Positions 47,594 to 57,800 of a stretch of 64,000 nucleotides of DNA are shown in pieces. A model generated the notes under the pieces. It was given only the letters and a program-made list of their open reading frames with translations. It did not search any database and was not told the origin of the DNA. The first letter of the stretch is position 1. Every line of letters starts with the position of its first letter. The position numbers and the translations under genes are program-made. The DNA comes from Actinomycetota bacterium (GTDB lineage Bacteria; Actinomycetota; Thermoleophilia; UBA2241), in NCBI GenBank assembly GCA_003132585.1, contig PKYG01000095.1, forward strand, positions 21,931 through 85,930, read 5' to 3'.

Positions 47594-47868
47594 CGCTTGA
47601 TCAGAATGACCTCGTCGCCGACCATCGAGACCCGTACCTTGCCTTGCACGCCGAGCGTGCGGATCGCCTTGGCCAGCGCCGAGCGCACGGTGTCGGGCTT
47701 GCGCCCGATCCTCTTCACGTCGACGTCCATGGCTGCCTCGCCGGCGGCGAGGAACGCCTGCACGAGGTCGGCGTAGAAGGTCGAAGCCTGGCGGCCGCGG
47801 CGCTGGGGGAGCGTCGCGGGGTCTCTGGGCTTGAGGAACTCGGCCGGATTCAGCTTGCTGGCTGCCAT
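47590..47868 (-). CDS. Hypothetical small protein (92 aa), copy 1 of a duplicated gene, immediately downstream of fic
   Basis: ...QASTFYADLVQAFLAAGEAAMDVDVKRIGRKPDTVRSALAKAIRTLGVQGKVRVSMVGDEVILIKR. Confidence 0.5.
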   Translation of the reverse strand: MAASKLNPAEFLKPRDPATLPQRRGRQASTFYADLVQAFLAAGEAAMDVDVKRIGRKPDTVRSALAKAIRTLGVQGKVRVSMVGDEVILIKR

Positions 47869-47931
47869 CTCTGCCTCCGCTCTGCCTGGTCGTGGCTCAC
47901 AACCTCGCCAGCATATCGCGCCGGCGCGGGA

Positions 47932-49092
47932 TCAAAGGTTCTCCAGCGGGCTCTCGATCGCCCGCAGGATCTCGGGCGCGACGTAGACGCGCCGCCACGC
48001 ACGGTCGCCCACGTGCTCGAGGACTCCCGCATCCAGCAGTTTGTCGATCGCCCGTTTCGCCGTCGGCGTGCTGACGCCCAAGGCGCGGGCCGCACTCGCC
48101 GTGGTCACGTAAGGGCTGCGGAAGAGTTCGTCGACCAGAGCGACGGCCCGCGGAGCGCGCCGGAGCCGCTGGTGGAAGCGCTCGCGGATGTCCATGAGCT
48201 CGGCAGCCTGTCGCGCCGCACGCTCCGCCGTCTCCGTCACTCCGGCCAGGAAGAAGAGCAGCCAGCCTCGCCAATCGCCCTCCGTACGTACGCGCAGCAA
48301 CGAGTCGTAGTACTCGTTGCGGTGCGCCTCGATGAATGCCGAGAGGTAGAGCAGCGGCTGCGACAGACGCCCGCGCTCTACCAGCATGAGCGTGATCAAC
48401 AGGCGCCCGACGCGGCCGTTGCCGTCGAGGAACGGATGGATCGCCTCGAAGTGCTCGTGCATGAGCGCGCACTGCACGAGCGCCGGCATGCCGCCACGGT
48501 CGTTGAGAAACCGCTCCCATAGCCCGAGCGCCGCGGTCATCTCGGCAACGGGAGGAGGAACGTAAGTGGCCGAAGCCAAGGTACAAGCCGGCGGTCCGAT
48601 CCAGTTCTGGACGCAGCGAAACTCGCCCGGCGCTCTGCTATTGCCGCGCACTCCCCGCATGAGCTGCTCATGCACTTCGCGTACGAGGCGCAGAGACAGG
48701 GGCAGATCGGCGAGCCGCGCCAGTCCGTATTCGAGCGCGGTCACGTAGTTGCGCACCTCGCGCAGGTCGTCGCGCTCACGTGCGGACGTGGCGCCGCCCG
48801 CCTGGTCGATGAGCAGTTCCGAGAGCGTCGTCACCGTTCCCTCGATGCGCGACGACAGCACTGCCTCCTGGCGAAGATACGGAGCGATCAGGAGATGCGG
48901 GTCCGGAAGCTGACGGCCCAGCCCCGACAGCTCGCTCAGCGCGCCGTCAGCTTTGGAGAGCGCGAGCACGAGCTCCGCATCGTAGTCGATGCGCGGCGGC
49001 AGTGGGGCGGGAACGAAGGCGAGAGCGCCTTCGATCGTCGTCACCAGTCTGCCGACCTCGGGAGCATGGAAGTCCTCGGCTCTCAAGCGCAC
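47932..49092 (-). CDS. Fic/DOC family protein with a C-terminal winged helix
   Basis: Fic motif HPFLDGNGRVGR. Confidence 0.85.
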   Translation of the reverse strand: MRLRAEDFHAPEVGRLVTTIEGALAFVPAPLPPRIDYDAELVLALSKADGALSELSGLGRQLPDPHLLIAPYLRQEAVLSSRIEGTVTTLSELLIDQAGGATSARERDDLREVRNYVTALEYGLARLADLPLSLRLVREVHEQLMRGVRGNSRAPGEFRCVQNWIGPPACTLASATYVPPPVAEMTAALGLWERFLNDRGGMPALVQCALMHEHFEAIHPFLDGNGRVGRLLITLMLVERGRLSQPLLYLSAFIEAHRNEYYDSLLRVRTEGDWRGWLLFFLAGVTETAERAARQAAELMDIRERFHQRLRRAPRAVALVDELFRSPYVTTASAARALGVSTPTAKRAIDKLLDAGVLEHVGDRAWRRVYVAPEILRAIESPLENL

Positions 49093-49206
49093 CTCTCTCG
49101 ACGAACGGCGCTTTGAACGGTTTCGTTCAAAGCTGGTTGACCTTTGAACGCTTCTCGGCGAATTCTTTCAGAGCTCGCTCGCTATCGCAAGGTACTCAAT
49201 CGTCGA

Positions 49207-49479
49207 CTAGCGCTTGATCAGAATGACCTCGTCGCCGACCATCGAGACCCGTGCCTTGCCTTGCACGCCGAGCGTGCGAATCGTCTTGGCCGGCGCCGAG
49301 CGCACCGTGTCGGGCTTGCGCCCGATCCTCTTCACGTCGACGTCCATGGCTGCCTCGCCGGCGGCGAGGAACGCCTGGACGAGGTCGACGTAGAAGGTCG
49401 AAGCCTGGCGGCCGCGGCTCACAACCCTGCCAGCATATCGCGTTGGGCGGCGGATCCACGAGCTGTTCGTGAACGTCAC
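49207..49479 (-). pseudogene. Copy 2 of the 92-aa gene. The last about 75 codons are 95% identical; the N-terminus has diverged.
   Basis: Nucleotide repeat 49204-49440 versus 47587-47825. Confidence 0.4.
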
Positions 49480-49625
49480 CCCGCCGGACTGATTGTCATC
49501 TTTCTCCGGCCGCAGCCGGCTTCTAGCACCGACTCATGTATCCGCGGAGGGGTGGGAGACATGTGGAATGTTGCATAACGTCGGCCAATATTGACAAAGA
49601 CCGACGTTATGTAACAATTAGCTCC

Positions 49626-50228
49626 ATGAGTCGTTCATCTCACAGCGAAGTACTCGAACTGGTCCGTAGCCGCGGGGTGGTCCGACCGCGCGATCTCGAG
49701 GCTGCCGGCTTCTCGCGCATGTGGCTTACGCGACTGACCCGTCAGGGGCTCGTCCGGCGGGTCGGTCGCGGCCTCTACGAGGCCACCGATGCCGACTGGA
49801 CCTCCCACCACGCGTACGCCGAGATTACCAAGCGCGTGCCCAATGGCATCATGTGTCTGCTGTCGGCCCTGGTGTTCCACGAGCTCACCACGCAACTTCC
49901 GTTCGAGGTCTGGCTCGCGATCGACAAGAAAGCGCGTGCGCCTCGTGGGCTGACCGTGTCGACGCGTCTCATGCGGTTCTCGGGGCCGGCGCTGACCGAG
50001 GGTGTCGAGGAGCACGTCATCGACGGTGTCACCGTGCGCATCACCTCGCCGGCTCGGACCGTGGTCGACTGCTTCCGCTATCGCAACAAGGTTGGGCTCG
50101 ATGTGGCGATCGAAGCGCTTCGCGACTGCTATCGCCTCAAACTCGCGACCATCGACGACCTCTGGAACTGCGCTGTTCGTCTGCGGGCGACCAACGTCAT
50201 GCGCCCATACCTCGAGTCCCTTCTGTGA
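49626..50228 (+). CDS. AbiEi-family antitoxin / transcriptional regulator (type IV TA system)
   Basis: SEVLELVRSRGVVRPRDLEAAGFSR...SLL. AbiEi N-terminal wHTH plus C-terminal domain. Confidence 0.75.
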   Translation: MSRSSHSEVLELVRSRGVVRPRDLEAAGFSRMWLTRLTRQGLVRRVGRGLYEATDADWTSHHAYAEITKRVPNGIMCLLSALVFHELTTQLPFEVWLAIDKKARAPRGLTVSTRLMRFSGPALTEGVEEHVIDGVTVRITSPARTVVDCFRYRNKVGLDVAIEALRDCYRLKLATIDDLWNCAVRLRATNVMRPYLESLL

Positions 50229-50536
50229 CGACGCGGCGGCTGGTCAACGTCGCCGCGTCGGTCTTCGACCGGCTCAAGCAGCGCACGCGCCTCAGCGGAG
50301 AAGACTTCAACGTGATCCTTCTGCGCTATGCGGGTGAACGGCTGCTCTATCGCCTGGCGCAGTCCTCCCACTCCGACTCGTTCACTCTCAAGGGGGGCAG
50401 GGCGACACAGGGAGCACGGGCTACTCCTGAGAGGCCTCGAGAAGTTCCTGTCAAGGACGGGGCCTCTGAGACTTTGTTGTCCTCGCCCTCCTGCAGTCTT
50501 TGGTGCCCGCCCCCGCTCACAACCAGAACAGGATGA
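50225..50536 (+). pseudogene. AbiEii (DUF1814 nucleotidyltransferase) toxin truncated after about 56 codons at a junction with a copy of the hsdR 3' flank
   Basis: VTTRRLVNVAASVFDRLKQRTRLSGEDFNVILLRYAGERLLYRLAQSSHSDSFTLKGG matches the AbiEii N-terminus. From about 50393 the sequence matches 39053-39140. Confidence 0.6.
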
Positions 50537-50868
50537 CGCCGGCGAACGTCGACGCGCCGTTCATCGCGAGCGAGACGAGGAGGAGGCGCCGGCGGTGGTC
50601 TCCGAGGGCCCACGCAAGCAGGCCCATTCGACGACGACGACGACGGCCTCGGCTCCCACCAGGAGCAGGGTGGCGGTGACGACCGAGGTCCGCCAGTCCC
50701 ATAGCCGCGTGCCGGCGTAGCTCAGCAGGTTCAGGACGGGATTGGTGACGAGGTTCACGCAGACCACTGCGAGCACGGCGAGGCGCGTGCGCAAGCCTAG
50801 CGCGAACGCGACCGGAACTTCGACGGCCAACGTCAGCGCCAGGGCGACGAGCAGCCCGACCGGGAGGC

Positions 50869-51135
50869 TCAGGAGACGTCTCCGGGTCCGGTGCCCTCGT
50901 CGTTCCCTTCGAGTGGGCGCTCCCGCCGCTTCTTGACTCGCCAGAGCGTGACGGCGGCGACGATGGCGATGGCGGCGACGATCAAGAAGACGTCCAGCAC
51001 GGTCTGCACGCCGGCGGGGTCCGTCGGATCCTTCTCGGGTGCGCACGAATCGGCGAGCGCCGCTGCGGCCGTGACCAGGAACCACATGACGACCAGCGCC
51101 GGCGGCAGCAGGGGACGGAAAAATCGCATCATCAT
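50869..51135 (-). CDS. Small membrane protein (88 aa, 2 TM). The adjacent 50561-50885 TM-rich frame may be a frameshifted continuation.
   Basis: MMMRFFRPLLPPALVVMWFLVTAAAALA...IVAAIAIVAAVTLW. Low confidence. Confidence 0.35.
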   Translation of the reverse strand: MMMRFFRPLLPPALVVMWFLVTAAAALADSCAPEKDPTDPAGVQTVLDVFLIVAAIAIVAAVTLWRVKKRRERPLEGNDEGTGPGDVS

Positions 51136-51370
51136 GTGCTCCCTTGGGTTGCGGCGGCGCCGGCGTGCATCCTTTCCACGTGAGACGGGCCCCGGCCGCC
51201 GGAGGTTCCCTCACGTGTTCGATGACGAGCGGATCCGCTGTGACCGGCAGCGCTGCGGTCCCCATGCGCTTGACCTCCTCACTGCACGGCCATGTATGAT
51301 CGCCGTACGAGACTCGTGATAGGTGCAGGTCTGCACATGGGAACCAGGGGGCCAGGGGGAAGGGGCGGTC

Positions 51371-52402
51371 ATGACCAAGCCGTTGAGATTCCGAGCGTGC
51401 GCATCGATCACACTTGTGCTCTCGTCGCTCATCGTGATCGGCGCGCTCGCGCTCGCGTCGTGCGGCGGCACGAGCACCACGGCATCGACCTCGCCGTCGG
51501 TGGCGCCCAGTGAGGTGGCGGCCTCGCCCTCGGCGGAGCCGACCCAGAGCACGACTCCTCTACCGAAAGCGAGCGTCGCCGGCACCATCGCCTTCACGCG
51601 AGTAGTAAGAGCAGGCGAGGGCGGGAACGGCGACATCTACATCATCAACACCGACGGGACGGGCCTCAGACGATTGACCGAAACGCCCGACTCGGAGGGC
51701 CACCCCTCTTGGTCTCCGGACGGGAGCAGGATCGTCTACGATGTCTACCTCGCAGATGGTGAGCGCGCAAACGCGACGGTGTGGGTCATGAACGCGGACG
51801 GCTCCGGGAAAGGGAAGCTGACGAAGGGTGCGGTCGCAGGCGGAACGCCGACGTGGTCGCCCGACGGCAAGCGGATCGTGTTCATGAGATGTGTGCTCCC
51901 GTCACAACGCTGGGCCATCTTCGTGATGAACCCCGACGGCAGTGGCCTTAAGCCCGTCGTGAAGGGATCCACGGACGACTACTTCCCCACCTGGGCGCCG
52001 AACGGCAAGATCCTCTTCCTGCGGCTCAGCGACGTGTTCGCGGTGAACCCCGACGGGAGCGGACTCGTGCGGCTGACGAAGGGCGGGAACGTGCTCAACT
52101 ACGCGCTCTCGCCGGACGGCAAAGACCTCGCCATTCAGAACGCGATGAGTCACCGCATCGAGGTCATCCCGGCCCATGGCGGCGGGTCTCGGGTGACGCT
52201 CCTCGACCCCGTCTCGGACTTCATCGCAGACCCCTGGGCCGCCCTTGCCTGGACGCCGGACGGGAAGGCTCTGATCCTTGCGACCAGCGAGTTCTATGGC
52301 GAGCATGGCTCCCGCCTCTACATCGTCAACGCCGACGGCACCGGGCTCTCGGCGGTCCCGGGCATCGACAACGCGGACGACCCCGCCTGGCGGCCGCGGT
52401 AG
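51371..52402 (+). CDS. TolB-like beta-propeller lipoprotein, paralog 2
   Basis: Lipobox IGALALASCGG. Same repeat architecture as 20274-21320. The same 25-nt motif sits about 40 nt upstream. Confidence 0.75.
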   Translation: MTKPLRFRACASITLVLSSLIVIGALALASCGGTSTTASTSPSVAPSEVAASPSAEPTQSTTPLPKASVAGTIAFTRVVRAGEGGNGDIYIINTDGTGLRRLTETPDSEGHPSWSPDGSRIVYDVYLADGERANATVWVMNADGSGKGKLTKGAVAGGTPTWSPDGKRIVFMRCVLPSQRWAIFVMNPDGSGLKPVVKGSTDDYFPTWAPNGKILFLRLSDVFAVNPDGSGLVRLTKGGNVLNYALSPDGKDLAIQNAMSHRIEVIPAHGGGSRVTLLDPVSDFIADPWAALAWTPDGKALILATSEFYGEHGSRLYIVNADGTGLSAVPGIDNADDPAWRPR

Positions 52403-52496
52403 GGCTTCCGCCCAGCGCGGCGGTCTGGAACGCCTCGCTGTACGTTCGGTCTTCCAGCTCTAGCTCCCCGTCTGGGCCGTCCTCGTCCCGCTAGCC

Positions 52497-52573
52497 TCGA
52501 GGAGGCGCAAGCCTGGCTGCGCATCGGTCCCGACGACCTGCGCTACCAGCTCGCGCAGTTCGGCGTCGAGTAG
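52497..52573 (+). repeat. About 77-bp remnant about 90% identical to the 3' end of the XRE/M78 gene (encodes LEEAQAWLRIGPDDLRYQLAQFGVE stop)
   Basis: Compare with 42006-42085. Confidence 0.5.
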
Positions 52574-52595
52574 CCGCCAGCGGTCGCCAGAGCGC

Positions 52596-54635
52596 CTAGT
52601 ACAGACCGGCCATCATCCGCGCAAAAGCCAGCGGACTGGGCGCCGTGAGATCGATGGCCGGCTCGGTGTTGGGGTAGTTCTGTACGGCGTCTCGCCAGAT
52701 CGCACCCTGGCCGTTGAACTGCTTGAAGAGATCGCGGCGCGGACCTAGCCGCATCTCCTCCATCGTGCCGTTGTCCGTTTCGCTGTTCGGACCCTCTACA
52801 CTGGCGCCGGCGAGCACTGGGGGCTTCCCGTTGAGCGTGCCCACGAGGTTGGCGACCTGGTGCTGGAGGCAGTAGGGGAAGGTCGTGCCGTTGCCGACGA
52901 TGAAGGACGAGCCCCAGGCGTTGGCGCCAAGGATGTTGGCCAGCCAACGACCGCTCCAGTCCGCGTAGGCCTTCGTGCCGGTGAGCTGGTCGTACTCGCT
53001 GGCCATCACCGCCAGACCGGCGCCGTGCGCGGTCGTGTCCCACTGCGCCCAGGCGAAGCCGAACTGGAACGGGTCCTTGGCGGACTGCGCAAGCGCCCGG
53101 TCGAGTTGCTTCTTCAGATCGGCGAGTACGGCCTCCTTGGAGGTCTCGAGGCCGGCCGGATCGCCCGCCTGCTCGATCGCCCGGTACAGCTCGAAGTGCG
53201 CCAGACCGGAGACGTCGTAAAGGTTCAGGGTGTCCATGGCGTCGTTGGGCCCGGAGATGTACGCGTTCGCCCAGTGCGCCGCTCTTTGCAGGTAGTAGAC
53301 GGCGTTGGTGTGCGGCAGGCCCGAAGGCAGGTTGCCGCCGGCAACGGCGAAGTAGAGCTCGGTGGCGCCGAGCTCCAGGTCGTCGCGCCACTCGGTCTCC
53401 GGGTAGTACTCGTAGGGGATCGCGGTCATCAGGCGTCCCGGCTTGGTGTTCGCGAGGTCGAAGATGTGCTGCGCGGCGAGCAGGCATTTGTCGGCGAACG
53501 CCGGATCGTTCGCCTTGAACACCTGGTAAGCCAGGGCCAGGGCGACGGCCTCGCGTCCGGAGAGGTTGGGGCTGATGAGCGATCCGGGCGGCCCGGCACG
53601 GAACACCGGCCGCTGCCGGATGTAGCGGTAGAGGGGATCGTTCCCTTTGTACTTGTCATCGACCTGCGGCAGGCGCCAGATGTCGTGGTCACCGGCCGTC
53701 GTGTCGTTCCCCGAACCGATACCGACCTGGTAGTAGAGCGTCCTCGTCTTGTCGTCCCACATGCGCAGCAGCCAGTCGGCGCCGAACCTCACTTCGGCGG
53801 TGAAGTCCGACGTCTTGGAGTCCGCGCCCATCTGGGCGGGGAAATCGCGCACGCCGGTCAGGAGCAAGGCCTCGGTGTAGCTCGAGGCGTGCACGAACTT
53901 GAGGTAGTCGCCGGCGTCCCACCAGCCACCGGAGGCGTCGATCCGTTTGCCGAGCGGCGAGAGGCTGCCGGCGAAGACCCCATCGGCGTCGACCTTCGGC
54001 GTGGAGTAGGTCATGGCGTTTGCGTCGTTGCGGTGTGCCGCCGCGGTGCGCAACGCCGACGTGATGACGTTGGGTCCGTCGCGCTGGACCTGGTAGAAGC
54101 TGAGCGAGTTCGCGAGCGCTTGCGCGTACACGTTGGTACCGCTGTCGATCCTGAAGCTCGGCGACATCGCGGCGGCCGGCCCGCTCACGACGATCGTGTA
54201 GCTGCCGGCCGCCGCTACCGATGAGAAATCGAGCGGGTACACGTGGGGGAACCGTCTGCTCCACGCGCCGAGGCCGGCGCCCGCGGTACCGGAGTACACG
54301 GTGGCGCCGCTCGCGTTCTTCACGGTGAAAGCAGCGCCGGCTGCGGCGGTCCTGGTCATGAGGTAGGCGCGCTTCGCCGCTCCAGACGGGTAGCCGACCT
54401 GGTTCACGCGCACGAACGCGGCGGCAGTGGGCGCGCCCGGCTGCGAAGACTGCGGGGTCGGCGCCGACGAGGCAGCGGAGGGCGTGGGTGCGGGACTCTG
54501 GCCGCAGGCCGTGAGTGTGGCCACGGACACGACCGCCGCGCCGAAGCCCAGCGTGAGCAGCGCGCGCACGGTGGTGCCGGCCAGGTAGGCGACACGCCGC
54601 CGGCACTTGAACTCGGAGCCCCCCTGCGCTTTCAT
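52596..54635 (-). CDS. Glycoside hydrolase family 9 endoglucanase-like protein with an N-terminal Ig-like (CelD_N) domain; secreted or lipoprotein
   Basis: GH9 signature DASGGWWDAGDYLKF. Signal sequence with LTACG. Confidence 0.8.
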   Translation of the reverse strand: MKAQGGSEFKCRRRVAYLAGTTVRALLTLGFGAAVVSVATLTACGQSPAPTPSAASSAPTPQSSQPGAPTAAAFVRVNQVGYPSGAAKRAYLMTRTAAAGAAFTVKNASGATVYSGTAGAGLGAWSRRFPHVYPLDFSSVAAAGSYTIVVSGPAAAMSPSFRIDSGTNVYAQALANSLSFYQVQRDGPNVITSALRTAAAHRNDANAMTYSTPKVDADGVFAGSLSPLGKRIDASGGWWDAGDYLKFVHASSYTEALLLTGVRDFPAQMGADSKTSDFTAEVRFGADWLLRMWDDKTRTLYYQVGIGSGNDTTAGDHDIWRLPQVDDKYKGNDPLYRYIRQRPVFRAGPPGSLISPNLSGREAVALALAYQVFKANDPAFADKCLLAAQHIFDLANTKPGRLMTAIPYEYYPETEWRDDLELGATELYFAVAGGNLPSGLPHTNAVYYLQRAAHWANAYISGPNDAMDTLNLYDVSGLAHFELYRAIEQAGDPAGLETSKEAVLADLKKQLDRALAQSAKDPFQFGFAWAQWDTTAHGAGLAVMASEYDQLTGTKAYADWSGRWLANILGANAWGSSFIVGNGTTFPYCLQHQVANLVGTLNGKPPVLAGASVEGPNSETDNGTMEEMRLGPRRDLFKQFNGQGAIWRDAVQNYPNTEPAIDLTAPSPLAFARMMAGLY

Positions 54636-54869
54636 CGTCACGAACCCCCTTGCTTCACGACTTGGAGACTCTATCACCTGCCCTGATGGGTTCACAGATT
54701 GCGAGCATGCTTCGCGACGACGTGCGCCATGACAGCGCCGAGCGACCGCGCCCGCCGCCATGTGTTGTCATTTGACCGATTTGGCCCTAATCTGTGCAGA
54801 AGTGAGCAGACACCGCAGTGTCGGCACGTCGCTCGCCGGGTGGACATCAGTCGAGCCAGGGGGGCTGCC

Positions 54870-57800
54870 ATGCGTCGCAATTCTCGTCTCTTGCTGATCG
54901 CGCTTGCCGTGGGAGGGGCCGCGCTGCTCGCCGTCGGTGTGACGGGCCTTGGGGCGGCCGCGCCGAGCGGCGCGGCCGCCCCAAGGCCCGCGCCCTCGTA
55001 CACGCCGTCACCGCTCATCGAAGGCTTCGCTGCGCCCAATGCTTTGCTTAGCGTCACCAACGACAACGACCGCTTCGTCAACGGTCGGCCCGACGTGGCC
55101 GTCAATCGCGTCCGCTTCGTACCGGGCCAGCTTGGTGGCTGTATGCGCGTCGATTTCTTCATGCGCGGCGGCCTCTGGAAGAACGTCATGGTCGAGGTCA
55201 ACAAGGGCGTGCCGCTCAACCTCACCGGTCAGGACACGCTCAAGCTCACGATGAAGGGCGACTGGGCCGACAAGGGCGGCGCGCAGTCTGTGACGGTCGC
55301 CCTGACGATGCTCAACGGCGCTCTCTACTACCAGTCGCTGACGGTCACCAAGTCGTGGCAGACCTACGACATGGCGCTCGACCCCTCCGGCTCGGCCTGG
55401 GGCACTGACGGACCCAACTGGGGCGCCCGCGACGTCTTCACCATCGACAAGATCGCCACCATCACCTTCTTCGTCAGCCCGCCCAAGACCGGCGACTACA
55501 GGCTCTTCTTCGACGACCTGGCGGTCACCGGCGGCCCGGTGCAGCCCTACGTCAATGAGGATGCGCCGGTGCCCGAAGAGTTCGTCTCGATCCCCTACGC
55601 CATCGGGCAGGCGGTCGACGACATGGGCTGGCGCGACTGGGACAACCGCCGCAAGGGCGTGCGCAACTACCAGGTGCTGCTCAAAGAGAAGGCGTCCCTC
55701 GCCGACTACCAGACGGTGGTCGACATCGGCAAGGCGGCCGGCACGCGCCTGACGACGGTGTGGATCATGCAGGACCTCGACAAGCGCAACACGTGCGCCA
55801 AGGCCAGATACAACACGCCCGTCGCCAAATACGACATGACCAGCGACGGCACCAACTGGACCAATGCGATCACGCCCGACCAGTACGGCATCATCGGCCT
55901 CGTCAAGCGCAACGCCTCGTTCATGGAGTTCGGCATGCACGGCGTCTCGCACGAGCACTTCCGCAACGGGGTCGAGCAGCGCGCCGAATATGCCCACATC
56001 AACGAGAGCAAGCCGGGTCGCGCCACGACCTGGGGCTGGGCCGACATGAACCTCAAGGCGCAGTGCTACCGCGAGCTGCTGCGCCAGTACTTCAGCCGGC
56101 AGCAGCTGGACATGCCGGTGGCAGAGGTGCCGCCGGCACATGCCTACTACTACAGCACGACCGACGCGCACACGACGGGCGCGCTGCTGCACAAGTACGG
56201 CGTCAAGTACATCAACGGCGGCATCAACGTCTCGACCAACGTGCGCGACGGCTACTTCATCGACCACGGCGTGATCTTCATCAACCGCGCCTACGGCACC
56301 AACTGGGACTGGGTCGGCGCGACGCCCTGGGAGGGCTACTGGAACGACTTCGACGCGCCTTACTACCCGTCGGACAAGTACGGCTGGGTCGAGGCGCACT
56401 TCCCCAACCTGTGGGGCGCCAAGCAGAAGTGGGTGAACTACCTGCTGGGCATCAACGACAGCCAGAACCGCTTCCTGCCCAAGAACTCGGCCCAGTGTTC
56501 GTGGCAGTATCTCTACCACAAGTTCGGTACGATCACCGAGTCCGGCGGCACGTACACCATCGACCTCACCAAGGTCGATCCCGCCGCCTACACCTACAAC
56601 CTGCTCGGCAGCATGGTGCTCAAGACCTGGGTCGGCGACAAGGAGATCTCCTCGGTCGCCCTCACGAACGGCGCCAGCGTGCTCGGCTACTGGAAGGACA
56701 CCTTCGGCTACGCCTACATAGTGCTCGGCAAGAACGGCAACCCGCAGGGGCGTCTCGACCCCGCCGTCTATCAGATGACGGTGACCTTCGGCGACCAGAC
56801 GATGCCGTCCTTCGTCGACTTGAACGGCGTGACCTACAACGTCTTCTCCTTTACGTCGGATGCGCACCAGGCCTCGCTGAGGCTGCAGATGTACGGTCGC
56901 CAGACGGTCAAGGTGAAGCTCCCCTTCGCGCCCGCGTCGGTTGAGTGCGACAACCCGCGGCTCATGGTCGGCAAGTGGAGCTACGCCGACGGCTTCCTGA
57001 CCATGCGCCTGCGCGGCACCCGGCTCACCGGCCAGACCGGCACGATCACGATCCGCGACACGCCCTCGGTGCAGCCCGACTGGGCGGCGGTGGACGACTT
57101 CCTCTACCAGCTGCAGAACCTGAGCCTGCTCGAGGCGGGCGCCAGCCGCTTCGACCTGATCATCACCGACTACTCGCGGAACGGCCACGAGGCGACGCGC
57201 TTCACGCCCGAGCAGATCGCGACCCTGCAGCACAGCCCGGGCGGCGCCAAGCGCGTGCTCGCCTACATGAGCATCGGCGAGGCCGAGACCTATCGCTGGT
57301 ACTGGAAGGACTCGTGGGACGCCAACCTCGACGGCATCCCCGACCCGGGCGCGCCGTCGTGGCTGGGCCGGTCCAACCCCGACTGGCTCGACAACTACAA
57401 GGTCCGATTCTGGTATCCGGGCTGGCAGAAGCTCATCTACGGCACGCCGAACAGCTACCTCGACAAGATCATCGCCGACGGCTACGACGGCGTGTACCTC
57501 GACATCATCGACGCCTACGAGTACTGGGGCCCCGGCGGCGAGGGCAAGCCGGTGCGCAAGACGGCGGCGCAGGACATGGTCGACTTCGTGACCCGTCTGG
57601 CGAACTACGCTCATGTGGTCAAGGGCAAGCCCGACTTCGCCATCTTCCCGCAGAACGGCGCCGACCTGGGCAGGCACCCCGAGTACATGGCCGTCGTCAC
57701 CGGCATCGGCCAGGAAGACACCTGGTACAACGGCGACGCGATCTCACCCTGGACGGCCGAGACCGTGCCGGCGCTCGAGCGCTTCAAAGGCGCCGGCAAG

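Noticed and set aside
47446-48522. 358-aa plus-strand ORF overlapping fic
   Set aside because: Antisense. fic has the HPFxxGNGR motif on the minus strand.
52860-54224. 454-aa ORF antisense to the GH9 gene, with 55008-57677 and 55760-56944 ORFs over the GH114-like gene
   Set aside because: Antisense or alternative frames of genes with clear glycoside-hydrolase signatures.
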